NCBI RefSeq assembly: GCF_000143415.4
Contig: NW_003314270.1
Coordinates: 3,007,668 to 3,071,667 of the forward strand
From: Selaginella moellendorffii
Lineage: Eukaryota > Plantae > Lycopodiophyta
Direction of reading: 5' to 3'
DNA length: 64,000 bases
The notes under the pieces were generated by a model. The model did not search any database. It was not told the origin of the DNA and saw nothing but the letters and a program-made list of their open reading frames with translations. The position numbers and the translations under genes were made by a program. Below are positions 45,807-57,079 of the stretch, one piece after another (position 1 is the stretch's first letter; each line of letters starts with the position of its first letter).

Positions 45807-48800
45807 ATGGCATGTGGCCTTACGCCATTCCTAGGTGAGATGATACAAATAACAAGTATAAATTCTTAGTTGTTCTAGCAAATCTTACTTAAAGTTCAAG
45901 GTGAACAAGCCGAATATGAATTCATCGGATTGTTATAACAAATTGCGAGGTGATGGCATGAGGCGATACGCCATTTGAGAGTGGTAGCCATTCCTATATG
46001 AGGTGAGTGAAATATTTATTAGAAATACCTCATTCAATTGTGCACTTCTAAGTCTTGGTCCACTCAGTACTGTTTGCATGTTTTTATTTTAATTCTTTCT
46101 CTAAAATGTTATTTAGCATGTGGCTTCATGCCATTGCTCTCCACAATCATGCATTGAATTTTTCTATCCTTGCATAATACTTCTCCATATATATAGCATA
46201 TGCGCACATGTGATATGGTTCATTAGGCCTGATATAGTGTGTGAGGTAAAACAAAGATGATGTGATATATGCATTTACCAATCACACGTGCATAAATCTA
46301 ATAATATGGCGTGTGGCCCATATTAATGGCACATAAACCCATATTGTGGGCTTACGTGCTTTATGTACCATCATTCCCTTGCAGCGTGTGTGTTGGTTTC
46401 CTTTTATAACACAACGAACTCCATATTTTAGGGTGAAGAGCGTTCTCATGGCAAGCACAAAATCTGTAAGTGAGGCAGAAAAGGAGACGGAGAAGGAGAT
46501 AGGTGAAGATGTAGAATATATAAGTCTTCCAAACTCCCCGTACTATACTCCAGGTGATAATTTTTCTGAACAAATGGCAACATTAACAACTATCGAGAAC
46601 GCCCCAGTAACGTCCGAGACAATAATCCAAAGCAAAACAACTAACCCGGAGAAGGATGATAGTACCGCTGAGAGTACCAAAAAGGAGGTGTCCACTAGCG
46701 CTTAGGCTTATAATGGCATGTGCCCTCATGCCATTTACTTGATCACCAAATACCTTTTTCCCTTTGCACTAGTATATCTTAATACCGGTATGAGAAATAG
46801 AATGGCATGTGCCCTCAGGCCTTTTACTAAATCACCTTTGAAAGAAATGCAAGCCTCTATGTCGTAAAAAAAAGGTACTAGAGAAATTCCTTAATAATAT
46901 GAATGTTATTTAGTTTCATGAAAATACACTAAGGGTCAAATGAGTTAAATGACTTCTCCAGACTAGCAATGCCTCTTGCTACACCTTCACAATTAGATTC
47001 GTTAGAAAAAGATAACATTGAATAATATCTAAATGTTCTCACCATTAAGTTATATGTCTGGCTAATAGGAATGACGTTCATCTTGGAAAGCTCACCACAC
47101 GCTCAATGAATAAACAAATAGTGTGTGCGCGCATGCCATCGCTCTTCTTTAGCTTCAGATTCGGCTTGTTCACCTTGACAATGAGATTTATTATACAACA
47201 AGATGGACTCAGTCTGGACACAAAGTCACCCCGCTAGTCACCATGCCCCAGATATGTCTAGCCCCTGGACAAAAAACATATAATTTCACGTCATTTTCAA
47301 ATACTTGAAAATTTGTACCTAGTCCCATTTTACTGAATAAATCCCACTTTAATGAAATAGAGCATTATTGGCAAACCTATTAAGATGCTAAGGTTAGATC
47401 ACTATGTGATTTTATGGCTAAAACAAGGATAATGTCCTTGTGAGGTTAAGGGATAAAGTTCCAAGTTCAAAGTGTTGATTGGAACTATTGATGAAGATGT
47501 GGCTTGGTCAAGGTGACCAAGTGGGAAGGACACCTAAGGGAAATGAGATATGTCAATGCAATGACATAGTGAGTCCGAGGAAAATAATCTCTATAAGAGA
47601 CCCATGGGAGGGTCACAAAGTTCGGCTGTGGATAGACCCCATAGTAGAAGATGCTAAAGAGACATACTAGGGGTGAACACCCTCCGGACATGGCAAAGGA
47701 GAGTCTTTGCTATGGAACTGAAAGGATACCTCAAAAATGAAGGTAGCGATCCTATATTGCTGGGTGCAACAATCAAGGATAGAAGCAAAAGATTAGTGGC
47801 TACGTAAAGAGCTATGGGAATTATGGGAAAGAATCCAAATGGCAAAGTTAGGCCAAGAACACTAAAGTGTTGGGTGCTAACGGATTGTGGGAAAGGCAAT
47901 ATGTTCCCAAGGATGGATTCCTAATTGCTCCAATGTGGCAAAAGTGGAAGCTCCAAGGGTGGGAGCGGTAAGGTAGCCAAATGATAGGGACGTGGACAAC
48001 CTTAGCACAAATTATGATAACCGGAACTTAGTGCCAAAGGTGGCACAAAATCAAAGAGAGGACGATGTTGCCCTCGAGTAGAGAACTTCCTAGGATGGGG
48101 AAGTGGAGTTGCACAATATGTGCAATGCAAGGTGTCAGAGACACTCAGGAAATTGACTTCGAGAAGTCAGAATTAAAAGTTCCAAAGTGCAAGGGTTATA
48201 TCAATGGAAAGTGAGACTACTTGAGAATGAGTAATGGGATTGAGTTAGAGAAGGTGTCTCTAACAAGTTTAGTGAGAACTAAACCAATAAAAGGAGAGAA
48301 CCACCACAAGTGGTCCAATCAGTCTCTAAGTTGGAGAAACTATTCTCCTTACAGGATGGAGAGGGCATGGTGAGCCTTCAATATTAGACCATTGACGAAT
48401 ATTGGCGAGGGGCCAAAGATGGAAATAGTAATACAAGTTAGCATTACTTTATAAAATAGTTTATCGTTCAATGAGGACATTGAACTTCGTCTATGGGTGG
48501 TGGAGTTGTGAGACACAAAATCCCTAGGCCCCAAAGTGGAGCCGAAAGGGTGCCATGTGGTAGTGGCGAAAGCGAAAGCCAAACGAGCGTAACACGTTTG
48601 GACTAAAAGCTCTGACATGAAAAGGTCGAGAGTGGGAGTGGAACTCCAAACGAAGTGCTCGAGGAACGAGCACGAAGCAAGCAATAAGTGAGGCTCCAAA
48701 AAGGGACCCAAAAGGACCAACACATGACACGTGAAAGTGTCCGAGATGGACCCGAGTTGGGGTCCGAGAAGGACCCTGAGATGGAGTCCGAGATGGAGTC

Positions 48801-51155
48801 CGAGGTGGACCCGAGATGGAGTCCGAGATGGAGTTCGAGACAAACCCGAGATGGACCCAAGATGGAGTCCGAGGTGGAGCTGGGACCGAGACCGAGACCG
48901 AGACCAAGACCGAGACCGAGTCCGAGTCCAAGTCCGAATTCGAGCACGAGTCCGAGTCCGAGTCCGAATACGGGCAGTTGGGTGAAAGCCCAAAGCGATC
49001 ATCCCCCAGGGGGGGGGGCTGCGGGGGGTTCCAAAAGTATAGTAGGGAGAGTGTGGGGGTTAGAGCCCAATGGATCCAGTTTGGCCAGGAAAGGCCAGTT
49101 TGGTCCAAGAAAGGCTAGTTTGGCCCAGGAAGGCCATACCCAGTGTTGAGTGATGAACTGACCACTGGGAAGTCCAAGACTAGAGTGAATACCGACTAAC
49201 AAGCGGGGTAGCTTAGTGAAGTGTTCAAGAGCCGACTCTAGTTCCCCTGGGAGATCGAATGGTCGATGCTCCCAGTCCAAGTATGGGTGGCACTACCTAC
49301 TTGGGTACCAGGCATGGCTTAACGGAACCTCGCTCTAAGCCCATGGCTAGAGCACCCAAAGGCGGAAGGCAAGGAGAGTACCCATGAGGCCCGCGTAGGG
49401 CCACGGTGTTCCGAAATGGTGTCCCAAAGTCCTAGATTGTGGAAAGGAAGAGGAGTAGCCCTTTAGTGTGGTGACCATGGACACAGTCACATGGTGAGGA
49501 AGTCCCAGAGGACCATGGGACTTTGTGGTCAGGCCTATGGGCCTTGCCCCAGTGGTAGTGTTGGCGAACACGGCCATGGACAGAAAGGGACTTGGTGGGG
49601 ACTGGAAAAGAGTTGTCGGGGAAGGTTATTCCCCATGTCTGCGGGCAACATAAGGATGCTAAGGAGTAGATCTGGGATGATCACTCATGGACAGATGGTC
49701 TAACTTTTGAGAGATGGGATTGTGATGCAGATGGCATTAGTCCACCGGTGTGACCAAGGTGAATGGGCATGGCTTTAGCATAACGGGCCGATATGTCGGT
49801 GGTACCTTGGGGTGTCGGTCATGGGATCGGACATGTGGAGCACTTGGACCAAGTGCAAAGGTTGAGTGGCATGGATGCCATTCTCGGGGCTAGCAAGCCC
49901 CAAGTCCTAACTAAGACTTATGGAGGTTGTGAATGAGACTCCTCCAAGTGGTCGGGGGTGTGGTTAAGTGACTAAAGTAAAATGGAAAAATTAGTCGCTT
50001 ACAACTTGTATCACAGTCCTGTCTCTCACAGATTGGGCCATCTGTCCATAAGTGATCATCCCAAATCCACTCCTTAGCATCTTTAGGATGCCCATAGACA
50101 TGGGGTACAACCCTCCCCAATATCCCTGTTACAGTCCCCCCCAAGTTCCTTTTCTGTCCATGGCCATGTTCACCAACATTGCTACTGGGACAATGCCCAC
50201 AAGCCCGAACACTAAGTCCCACTGTCCTCTAGGACTTCCTCACCACATGACTATATCCTTGGTCACTATGCCAAAGGACCAATCCTTTTCCTTTCCATAA
50301 TCTAGGACTTTGGGACAACATTTTAGAATACCGTGGCCTTATGCGAGCCTCATGGGTACTCTCCCCGCCTTCTACCTTTGGGTGCTCTAGCCATGGGATT
50401 AAAGCTAGGTTCCATTGAGCCATGCCAGGTATCCAAGTAAGTAGTGCCGCCCACTCTTGGATTGGGAGCATTGACCATTCGATCTCCTGGGGGAACTAAA
50501 GCTAGCTCTTGAACACTTCACCAAGCTACCCCACTTATTGATTCGTATTCACTTTAGCCTTGGACTTCCTAGTGGTTATTTCATCACCCAGCATCTGGGT
50601 ACAGCCTTTCTGGGCCAAACTAGCCTTTCTTGGCCAAACTGACCCCACTGAGATCCAACCCCCACACTCTCCCTACTATACTTTTGGAATCCCCTACAGC
50701 CCCCGCCCCCGGGGATGATCACTTTGGGCTTTCACCCAACAGCTTGTATTAGTATTCAAACTCGAACTCGGACTTGGATTTAGTCTCAGACTCGGTCTTG
50801 GTCTCGGATTCGGACTTGAACTCAGTCTCAGTCTTGGTCTTGGTCTCGGTCTCGATTCCATCTCAGACTCCATCTCGAGTCCATCTCGGGTCCATCTCGG
50901 ACTCCATTTCAAACTCCATTTTAGGTCCATCTCAGACTCCATCTCGGGTCCATTTCGAACTCCATCTCAGGTCCATCTCGGGTCCATCTCAGACTCCATC
51001 TCAAGTTCATCTCAGACCCCATCCTGGACTCTTTCTTGAACTCTTTCACATATCATGTGTTAGTCCTCTTGTGTCGCTTTTTTCGAGACTCACTTATTAT
51101 TTGCTACATGCTCGTTCTTTGAGCACTTTGTTAGGAGTTCCACTCCCGCTCTTGT

Positions 51156-51594
51156 GAAAAATGGATCCTTGCCATCGAGAGTCTTTTTGCTGTGTTGATC
51201 CATGAGATCGACGCCAGAAAACTTAACATGTAACTTTATTTACCCTTTGGAGAACTCAAAGTGGGTGGTCAACCTTGTCCCTACCTACAAGGCAAATGGA
51301 AAACTTTTTTTTTTTTCTTTGAGAGATGATTTGGCATATCCCTTAGCTGACAACTCCATATACTTTTTGTTGGGGCTGAGCCTAACTTACTGGTGCCATG
51401 AGGCTAACTTTAGCACCATAAGGATGAAGCCTCCAAATTCACGACCACCAGCAAGATCATAGCAAAGCTAGAGAGGCCAAAGCTATATTTTTTTAAAATC
51501 CACCATTGCCATTGCTAGGCTTTAGCTTTCGCTGCTGCTAGCAAGATGGAAACAAGGATGAGTAGGTGATCATTTTGACGGTTTAGTGATGCCT
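51156..51594 (-). pseudogene. TOC75: TOC75 5' fragment (copy 3), interrupted by a ~135-bp RT-like fragment
   Basis: Matches about 10275-10860 with deletions. The insert at about 51226-51360 reads FIYPLENSKWVVNLVPTYKANGK. Confidence 0.8.
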
Positions 51595-51597
51595 TAT

Positions 51598-52110
51598 TGT
51601 AGTATATGTGGTTTTTACCTTTTATCCTATGGTGATTTACTATCATGGAGTGGAACTTAAACTCTGTATATACCACATGTCACATGCCATGTGTCTAAAG
51701 GACAATGGTGTGAAACCCAAGTTTCAGAGCCTTAAGCCACTAAATGAAAGAATTGTGCCAAACTCCTAAGTATAAAGCCAAGGAGCAAAGATATTGGAAC
51801 ACATAGTAACTCTTGAGCATGCAACTCAAAGAGTGAAAGGACAGGAGCATGAAGCGATTTAAAACAATCCTAGAGTATCTAGTATCCTAATGTCATGACC
51901 AACATGTAAAACGGAGCCAAATAAAGTTTAATGCTATTTCAACATACCGGTGGCCTAACATGAGGATATGGGTGCTCCACCAACTAATATAGTATGGAAC
52001 TTAGGCTTAAACTTAAGTCGGATGCAAAACAAAAACAAGCATGCAAGTGGGAGCTAAACTATACCTCATGTTAGTCAGTCATGCCCGACCTACCCACTAC
52101 CTTTACTATA
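51598..52110. mobile_element. Probable solo LTR or other insertion replacing the tRNA region of copy 3
   Basis: TGTAGTA...TACTATA ends and absent from copies 1 and 2. No clear TSD. Confidence 0.35.
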
Positions 52111-52411
52111 TATTTAATACATTAAATAAATACAAGATAATTCATTACTTTTTAGCTAACAAACTTGCACCATTTATCCCAGAGGCTGGACCACTTTTTA
52201 TTTCATGGGTCCAGTGTTTGGGAGAAGGGTCTCCACAATTGGTGCAATCTTGAAAAGCTCCTTAAGCTTGAATTCACCATGTGACCAAGCACTTGTTTTG
52301 GAGGTAATTTTGTGCTTTAAATATGTGGCTGCATTTATATAGTTAGAATGACTTTCAGTCTCATCACCACAACTTTTGTATTACATAATATGTTTATATA
52401 ATTTCAAATAT

Positions 52412-54700
52412 ATAACGAAATGCCACTTTTGCTATCAAAGGAGCAGAACCCAAATCCAAATGCCCTTGCAACACTTCCACTAAGCATCAACATTGTCTTG
52501 AATGCACCAGTACAAGATGAACCATTTTCTTGGCCTGGTGATAGTTTTCACTGGCACTTGCTCTCACCCTCTCATCAATCACATCGAGAAAGTTTCCCTT
52601 CTCCACCTAGTTCACCACCCAAGTTGGAAAAAACCGGCTCTCCTCCGGCTGAGTGTTGTCCCCAGAGTTCACAGCCTTTGAGAGATCAATGTTCCTGCGA
52701 CCCTCAATTAGTTCCAAAAGCACCTTTTCATAGCTGTAAACGTCGCATCTCTTTGTAGCCATGAAATGTGTGAGCCATTCGGGAGCCATGTAGCCTGGAG
52801 TGCCACCTATTATCGTCATGACCTGCGTCTCATTGCAATTCTCAAGCAGCTTGGCCATCCCGAAGTCCGCCACCTTTGCGACAAACTCTGTGTCCAGCAG
52901 AATGTTTTGGGCTGTCCAAGTGCAGTATGGGCTCCCTGCATTCCTCATGAAGATACGCAAGTCCTTGAGTTGTACCAAGGGCAATGTCGATCCTCTTCTG
53001 CCAACTGAGCCATACATTCTCTGAAGTTTGCTCGAAAAGCCATTTGTCGAGTGATCCATTGGGCATAAATTCGTACACCAGCAGCCACTGTGTTGCTCCT
53101 TCGATGCAAAAGCCACAAAGTTTGACAATGTTTATGCCTCCAGTTCCAGCAATCTCGGTCACAAATTATTTTGCCCCTTGAGTTCCACTGTAGTCGAGCT
53201 TCTTGACTGCCACAACTCTACCATCGCTCAAAACCCCTATTTGTAACAGATCCCAGCTTTGTGCTATATCCTTTTGTTGCAGTATCCAATGCGGTATATG
53301 AGAATCTCTGGGGCAAACGGCCTTGCATACTAGCCAGCAATGCTTCAATCTCCTTTGCCGGATTGAACTTGAGCTTGCACTCATGAAACGAAAGAGCACA
53401 TACCGCTAGAAAGCAGAGGACTATCAAAATGCAACTCATGGTAAGAGTTATAATGTAAAGTGTCAGTGGATGGTGAGGCTTCAGAGTTTTGATGATAAGT
53501 GTCATCTCTGTAGAAACTCCCATATATATCATAGGCAGTGAAGAAGCAGTCCTTGGTATCGCCATTGAAAATAAGTGACATACAGCTGCTACAATTCATA
53601 GAAAAGCAGGCTTTAGTGCAGTTGTCTAGAGAGGAATTCCTTTGGTTGGGTTTCATGAATTCAGTTCTATAATATCCAATACCAGGAAGCTTGTGTTTCA
53701 TCACAATGTAGTGTTGGGAGACCTCAAAATTGGAGCAAGAACTTAAATCAAAATTAGATAGACAAAGTTATCACCCTTCAAGCAGCTTCAGCTTCCATTG
53801 TGGGTATTGCAGATCTCATATGGAGAACAATCCTTACATGCAGGATTTCCTGGCCATGATTTGATCTAGTTTGTATAGTCCGTTAGCTGAATATTTTTCC
53901 TCCATTGATTTCTTCATACTTGGAAGATGTGATGCTCCCATTTGAATCAAATTCATTCATTCATTCATTCATTAATTGTTTACAAGGTCTTGTGGTATGA
54001 GACCAATGGATTATAGTAAACTGTTTTGATGATCTCATGAGGCGTTAGTTGGCTGAGCTTCTCCAGGTCTTCTGCCACCAAGCCTTCTGTCCCTGCCCTG
54101 GACTTCACCGACCTGCCTGTTGCCCCTCCTGATGCATCTTGGGTTGGAAATTGAGTACTTGATTCATTTTAATGATAATGATTGGAGAGGGTCAAATTAC
54201 TGCCAGTGTACAGAAGAAAAGTTGAGGTAGAGCTTACATGTAGAAGTAAATCACCATGCTTGATTTGCTTGGTGTTGGAAGTGTCCTTCTTGTAGAAGTT
54301 TAGTAGAAGAAATCCAAAACAGTCCCTCGTCTTGGACAATAGCTTGAGTCTCATAGTCATTCCTAATTAGGCCCATCCCTGTTGTGAAAATCTGGGCTGG
54401 GAGGAGAAATTATGAGGGAAAATCGAAACATCGCCATCAGAGTTTTGTAACACTAGGGAAGCTGCATTTTCCAACACTACGCCAAGGGCAAAATAGTTTC
54501 CAAAGTATAAACGATACAAGTGAGAAATTCCCATTGTCACTGACAATATCTTTGTCCCTGGCCTCAAGGCCTTCTGTGGTGTTCATAAAAACCGAATAAT
54601 TGATGCCTGCCAATTGTCGATAATACCAATCAGGTGGAAGCTCATACCTCATGCTCATGAGAATCACAGGGAAAAGGAGCAATAGCAATAGCAGCACCAT
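52412..54700 (-). pseudogene. S-domain RLK pseudogene (copy 3)
   Basis: Colinear with copies 1 and 2. It has frameshifts, stops, a deleted Gly-rich loop and a retroposon insertion. Confidence 0.92.
53954..54147 (-). mobile_element. 5'-truncated non-LTR retroposon with (TGAA)n tail
   Basis: Absent from copies 1 and 2 and flanked by AAATT. An open frame ends in TAA just before the (TGAA)n tail. Confidence 0.65.
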
Positions 54701-56173
54701 TTTTGCATTGTGTTGCATGAGAAACTCTGGATAGGGTTAAATCACACCGAAGTCAACCATGTTTTTGGGTCTTTCGCGAAGAAACAAGGCCGAGACTGAG
54801 ACAGCATCAGAAATACGTTATGAAGCGATGCATCTAGACACGTGCTTTGAAAAATGGTCAATCGGTTTGAAATAGAAATACGTTGAGTTTCTAGGTTTAG
54901 CCAAACACGTTCTTTGAAAAATGGTCAATCGGTTTGAAATACGTTTAAATCGTCATATGGCTCTGTCCATGTAAAATGAGCATGGGGTGCACGGTTCTAT
55001 GTCCAGAAGAGAAGATTGCCACAGCAATCATCACCTTGCTTTGTTTCTCCTGCCTGGGTGAGAGTTGGCCGAGGCAAGTGGCGCAAGAGCTGGCGAATTT
55101 TGGCGGGTCATGACGTCGCGTGGGAGAGGGTTGGTTGCAGCATCTTCACGGTGGGATCTTGTAGCTTATTTGCTTGACGAGGCAATCCGGCCCTTTTTTC
55201 TTTTGCAGCTATCTTGGATCATGAGAGCTTTTGATGCGCTTCTCAAGAAGTGGGTGAATGACTGTAGGCTGGGAGCAATTCTTGGATCGCAGACTAGGGC
55301 AAGAGGCAAGAGCTGGGCAAAGATCGCGCGTGGGGCTACGTGGTGTGCGTGGTGTGTGTGATAAGTATGGAAGTCAGTGGCAGAGTCTTGTTTCTGGGGG
55401 AGTCTGACTTCCGAAACAGTAGTGCAAGAGGTGGACTCTGCGGCGAGCCTGTATGGCGATTCCACCAGGAGCAGCTCAATCGTTGGAGGATAGTTTGCCG
55501 GACGACGGTTGACTGGAAATTGACCGACGGTTTGCAGTTTGTTGACTGACGACTCGTGTCCCTCAAGGCATTTAGCCGAGCGCCGTGGTGGAGAGGAGCA
55601 ACCCGAGCTGGAGGAACTTGCCAAGATGGAGAGGACTCCCGCTCAGTGTGACAATGGTCCCATCGCCCTTGCAAGCCCATGCTGGCAAACACGAGCTCAC
55701 TCGGTGGATGAAGCTTTGTAGAAGAGTTGAACTTTAGCTACTGCTCAAACTCTTGCTCCACCATGGACGACTCTGGGGAATCCTTAGCTTGTTCACGGCG
55801 TAAGCGGAAGCACAACCTGTCATAATCTTCGCTACTGGTCGATATTGCTCCGAGACCAATTACCATCGACTGTATCCTGCTGACCAAATTCCTATTTCGC
55901 TCGCGAAACTGCCAAGCATACAACTCGATGACTGACTCTAGAACTATGGCCATCCTCGTGTGCAGGACTTGGAGCCGCAGCTTCAAACAACTCCAATCCT
56001 CAAAGCTTCGATTCCAGTCGAAAAGCGCTAAAAGAGGAGGGAAAACCCTAGCATTTTAAATGAGGTTTCTAGCATATTCTCTTAAAGAATTTCCGCTCTT
56101 GAATTGAGAGCACACACACGCTTTAAGGGTTTCTCGTCTTTCTCTCTTTCCTTCCCGTTAAGCGGCAGTGGCC

Positions 56174-57079
56174 ATGGGAGGAGGAAGCGAGCAGCAGTCG
56201 AGCTGGTACCAAAAGCTCCGGGGGACAGCGGCGGGCAAGAGAGATGGAGCTGGCGCTAGCAACAGCAGCGGCGGCGGCGGCGGCGGAGGAGGAGGGGGCT
56301 ACGATTTCACGGTGAGGGGATCGGTCGCCGCCGAGAAGAATGCCACCACTAGAGCGCCCAAATCTGGAGCAGCATTGCCCCAGAGGATGGGTGTCTCGGA
56401 CAAAGATAAGGAGATTAGCAGTAGCTCTAGCGCAGCAGCAGGGTCTCTGATAGAGAACCATCTCAGGAGCAGGAAGGAGCCTCCCTGGGACCAGGATTTC
56501 TCCTCAATGTCTAGCTGCCGCAGTGATCTCGACGGGAATAATCCAGGGCGGCGATCATCCAACAAGGGCGGCGAGGAGGAAGATCACGACGCTCTTCCCC
56601 CTTTGCTCAGGAATCCTCACATCGCGGAATTTGACATCGTGGAGGCGTGCTCCACTTCTTCTTCCGACTGCTGCTCCGATCCAGGGGGAGAGAATGGAGA
56701 GGACGAAGAGGGCGATTGCGATCTCGACCTGGCCGGCTCATGCAGCGGCCACGGCGGTGGCTGGGCGAGAAAGAGGAGGAATCACAACGACAACAGCTTC
56801 TCTGCATGCTTGCCGTCGGAGATCAAGGGGGTGGTGGCGGACAGTATCCCGCTGGTGAAGTACTCCCACAATCCCTACCAGGACTTCCGGGACTCGATGC
56901 TGGAGATGATCCGGGAGAAGGGTCTCCAGCAGTGGTGCGATCTCGAGGAGCTCTTGTTCTGCTACTTGAGCTTGAATTCGCCCGAGCACCACGAGGTGAT
57001 CAAGCAGTCCTTTTCGGATGTTTGGCAGGATCTGGGATCGTCATCGGCTCGACTAGTTGGTCTTGGAGAGGAGGATTGA
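56174..57079 (+). CDS. OVATE family protein (transcriptional repressor)
   Basis: C-terminal OVATE domain VKYSHNPYQDFRDSMLEMI...LEELLFCYLSLNSPEHHEVIKQSF. Intronless, ATG at 56174. Confidence 0.92.
   Translation: MGGGSEQQSSWYQKLRGTAAGKRDGAGASNSSGGGGGGGGGGYDFTVRGSVAAEKNATTRAPKSGAALPQRMGVSDKDKEISSSSSAAAGSLIENHLRSRKEPPWDQDFSSMSSCRSDLDGNNPGRRSSNKGGEEEDHDALPPLLRNPHIAEFDIVEACSTSSSDCCSDPGGENGEDEEGDCDLDLAGSCSGHGGGWARKRRNHNDNSFSACLPSEIKGVVADSIPLVKYSHNPYQDFRDSMLEMIREKGLQQWCDLEELLFCYLSLNSPEHHEVIKQSFSDVWQDLGSSSARLVGLGEED

Larger units (their letters stand above)
34318..47139. repeat. Dispersed 22-bp palindrome ATGGCRTG-N6-CAYGCCAT, at least 22 copies, some degenerate
   Basis: Copies start at 34318, 35384, 35459, 36320, 36511, 36652, 38150, 39417, 39477, 39554, 42432, 42530, 42699, 42735, 42805, 44408, 44465, 45807, 45953, 46113, 46713 and 47118. 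More degenerate copies lie near 34030, 41817, 46306 and 46802. Confidence 0.92.
33934..47363. mobile_element. 13.4-kb TIR DNA transposon, Sola-like
   Basis: 22-bp TIRs GCTCTATTTC(G/A)TTAAAGTGGGA at 33934-33955 and 47342-47363, with one mismatch. Family X sequence resumes on both sides. A DDD transposase lies inside. Confidence 0.85.
27785..50003 (+). mobile_element. Full-length long-LTR non-autonomous retrotransposon (family X, copy X2; LARD-like)
   Basis: 5' LTR 27785-29335 and 3' LTR 48507-50003 (TGTGAG...CTTACA). PBS TGGTATCAGAGC at 29339, PPT GGGTGGTGGAG, TSD ACTTG. About 4 kb of internal sequence with no intact ORF. Confidence 0.9.
22267..51154 (-). mobile_element. Old long-LTR element (family X, copy X1), host of later insertions
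   Basis: Partial 3' LTR at 22267-~23160 and internal region to 27508. Degenerate iMet PBS at 27505-27494. The 5' LTR is split into 27509-27784 and 50009-51154. Homologous to the plus-strand copy X2. Confidence 0.8.

Noticed and set aside
46346-46705. 119-aa ORF as a third transposon gene
   Set aside because: It is low-complexity and unrecognised. It could be an exon (acceptor near 46431) but cannot be supported.
50004-50013. ACTTGTATCA after the 3' LTR as a second PBS
   Set aside because: It is the TSD plus the resumed host LTR, colinear with the uninterrupted copy near 22535-22560.
55065-55986. GC-rich ORF cluster upstream of OVATE
   Set aside because: There is no coherent gene model or known motif. 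It may be a decayed gene but cannot be called.
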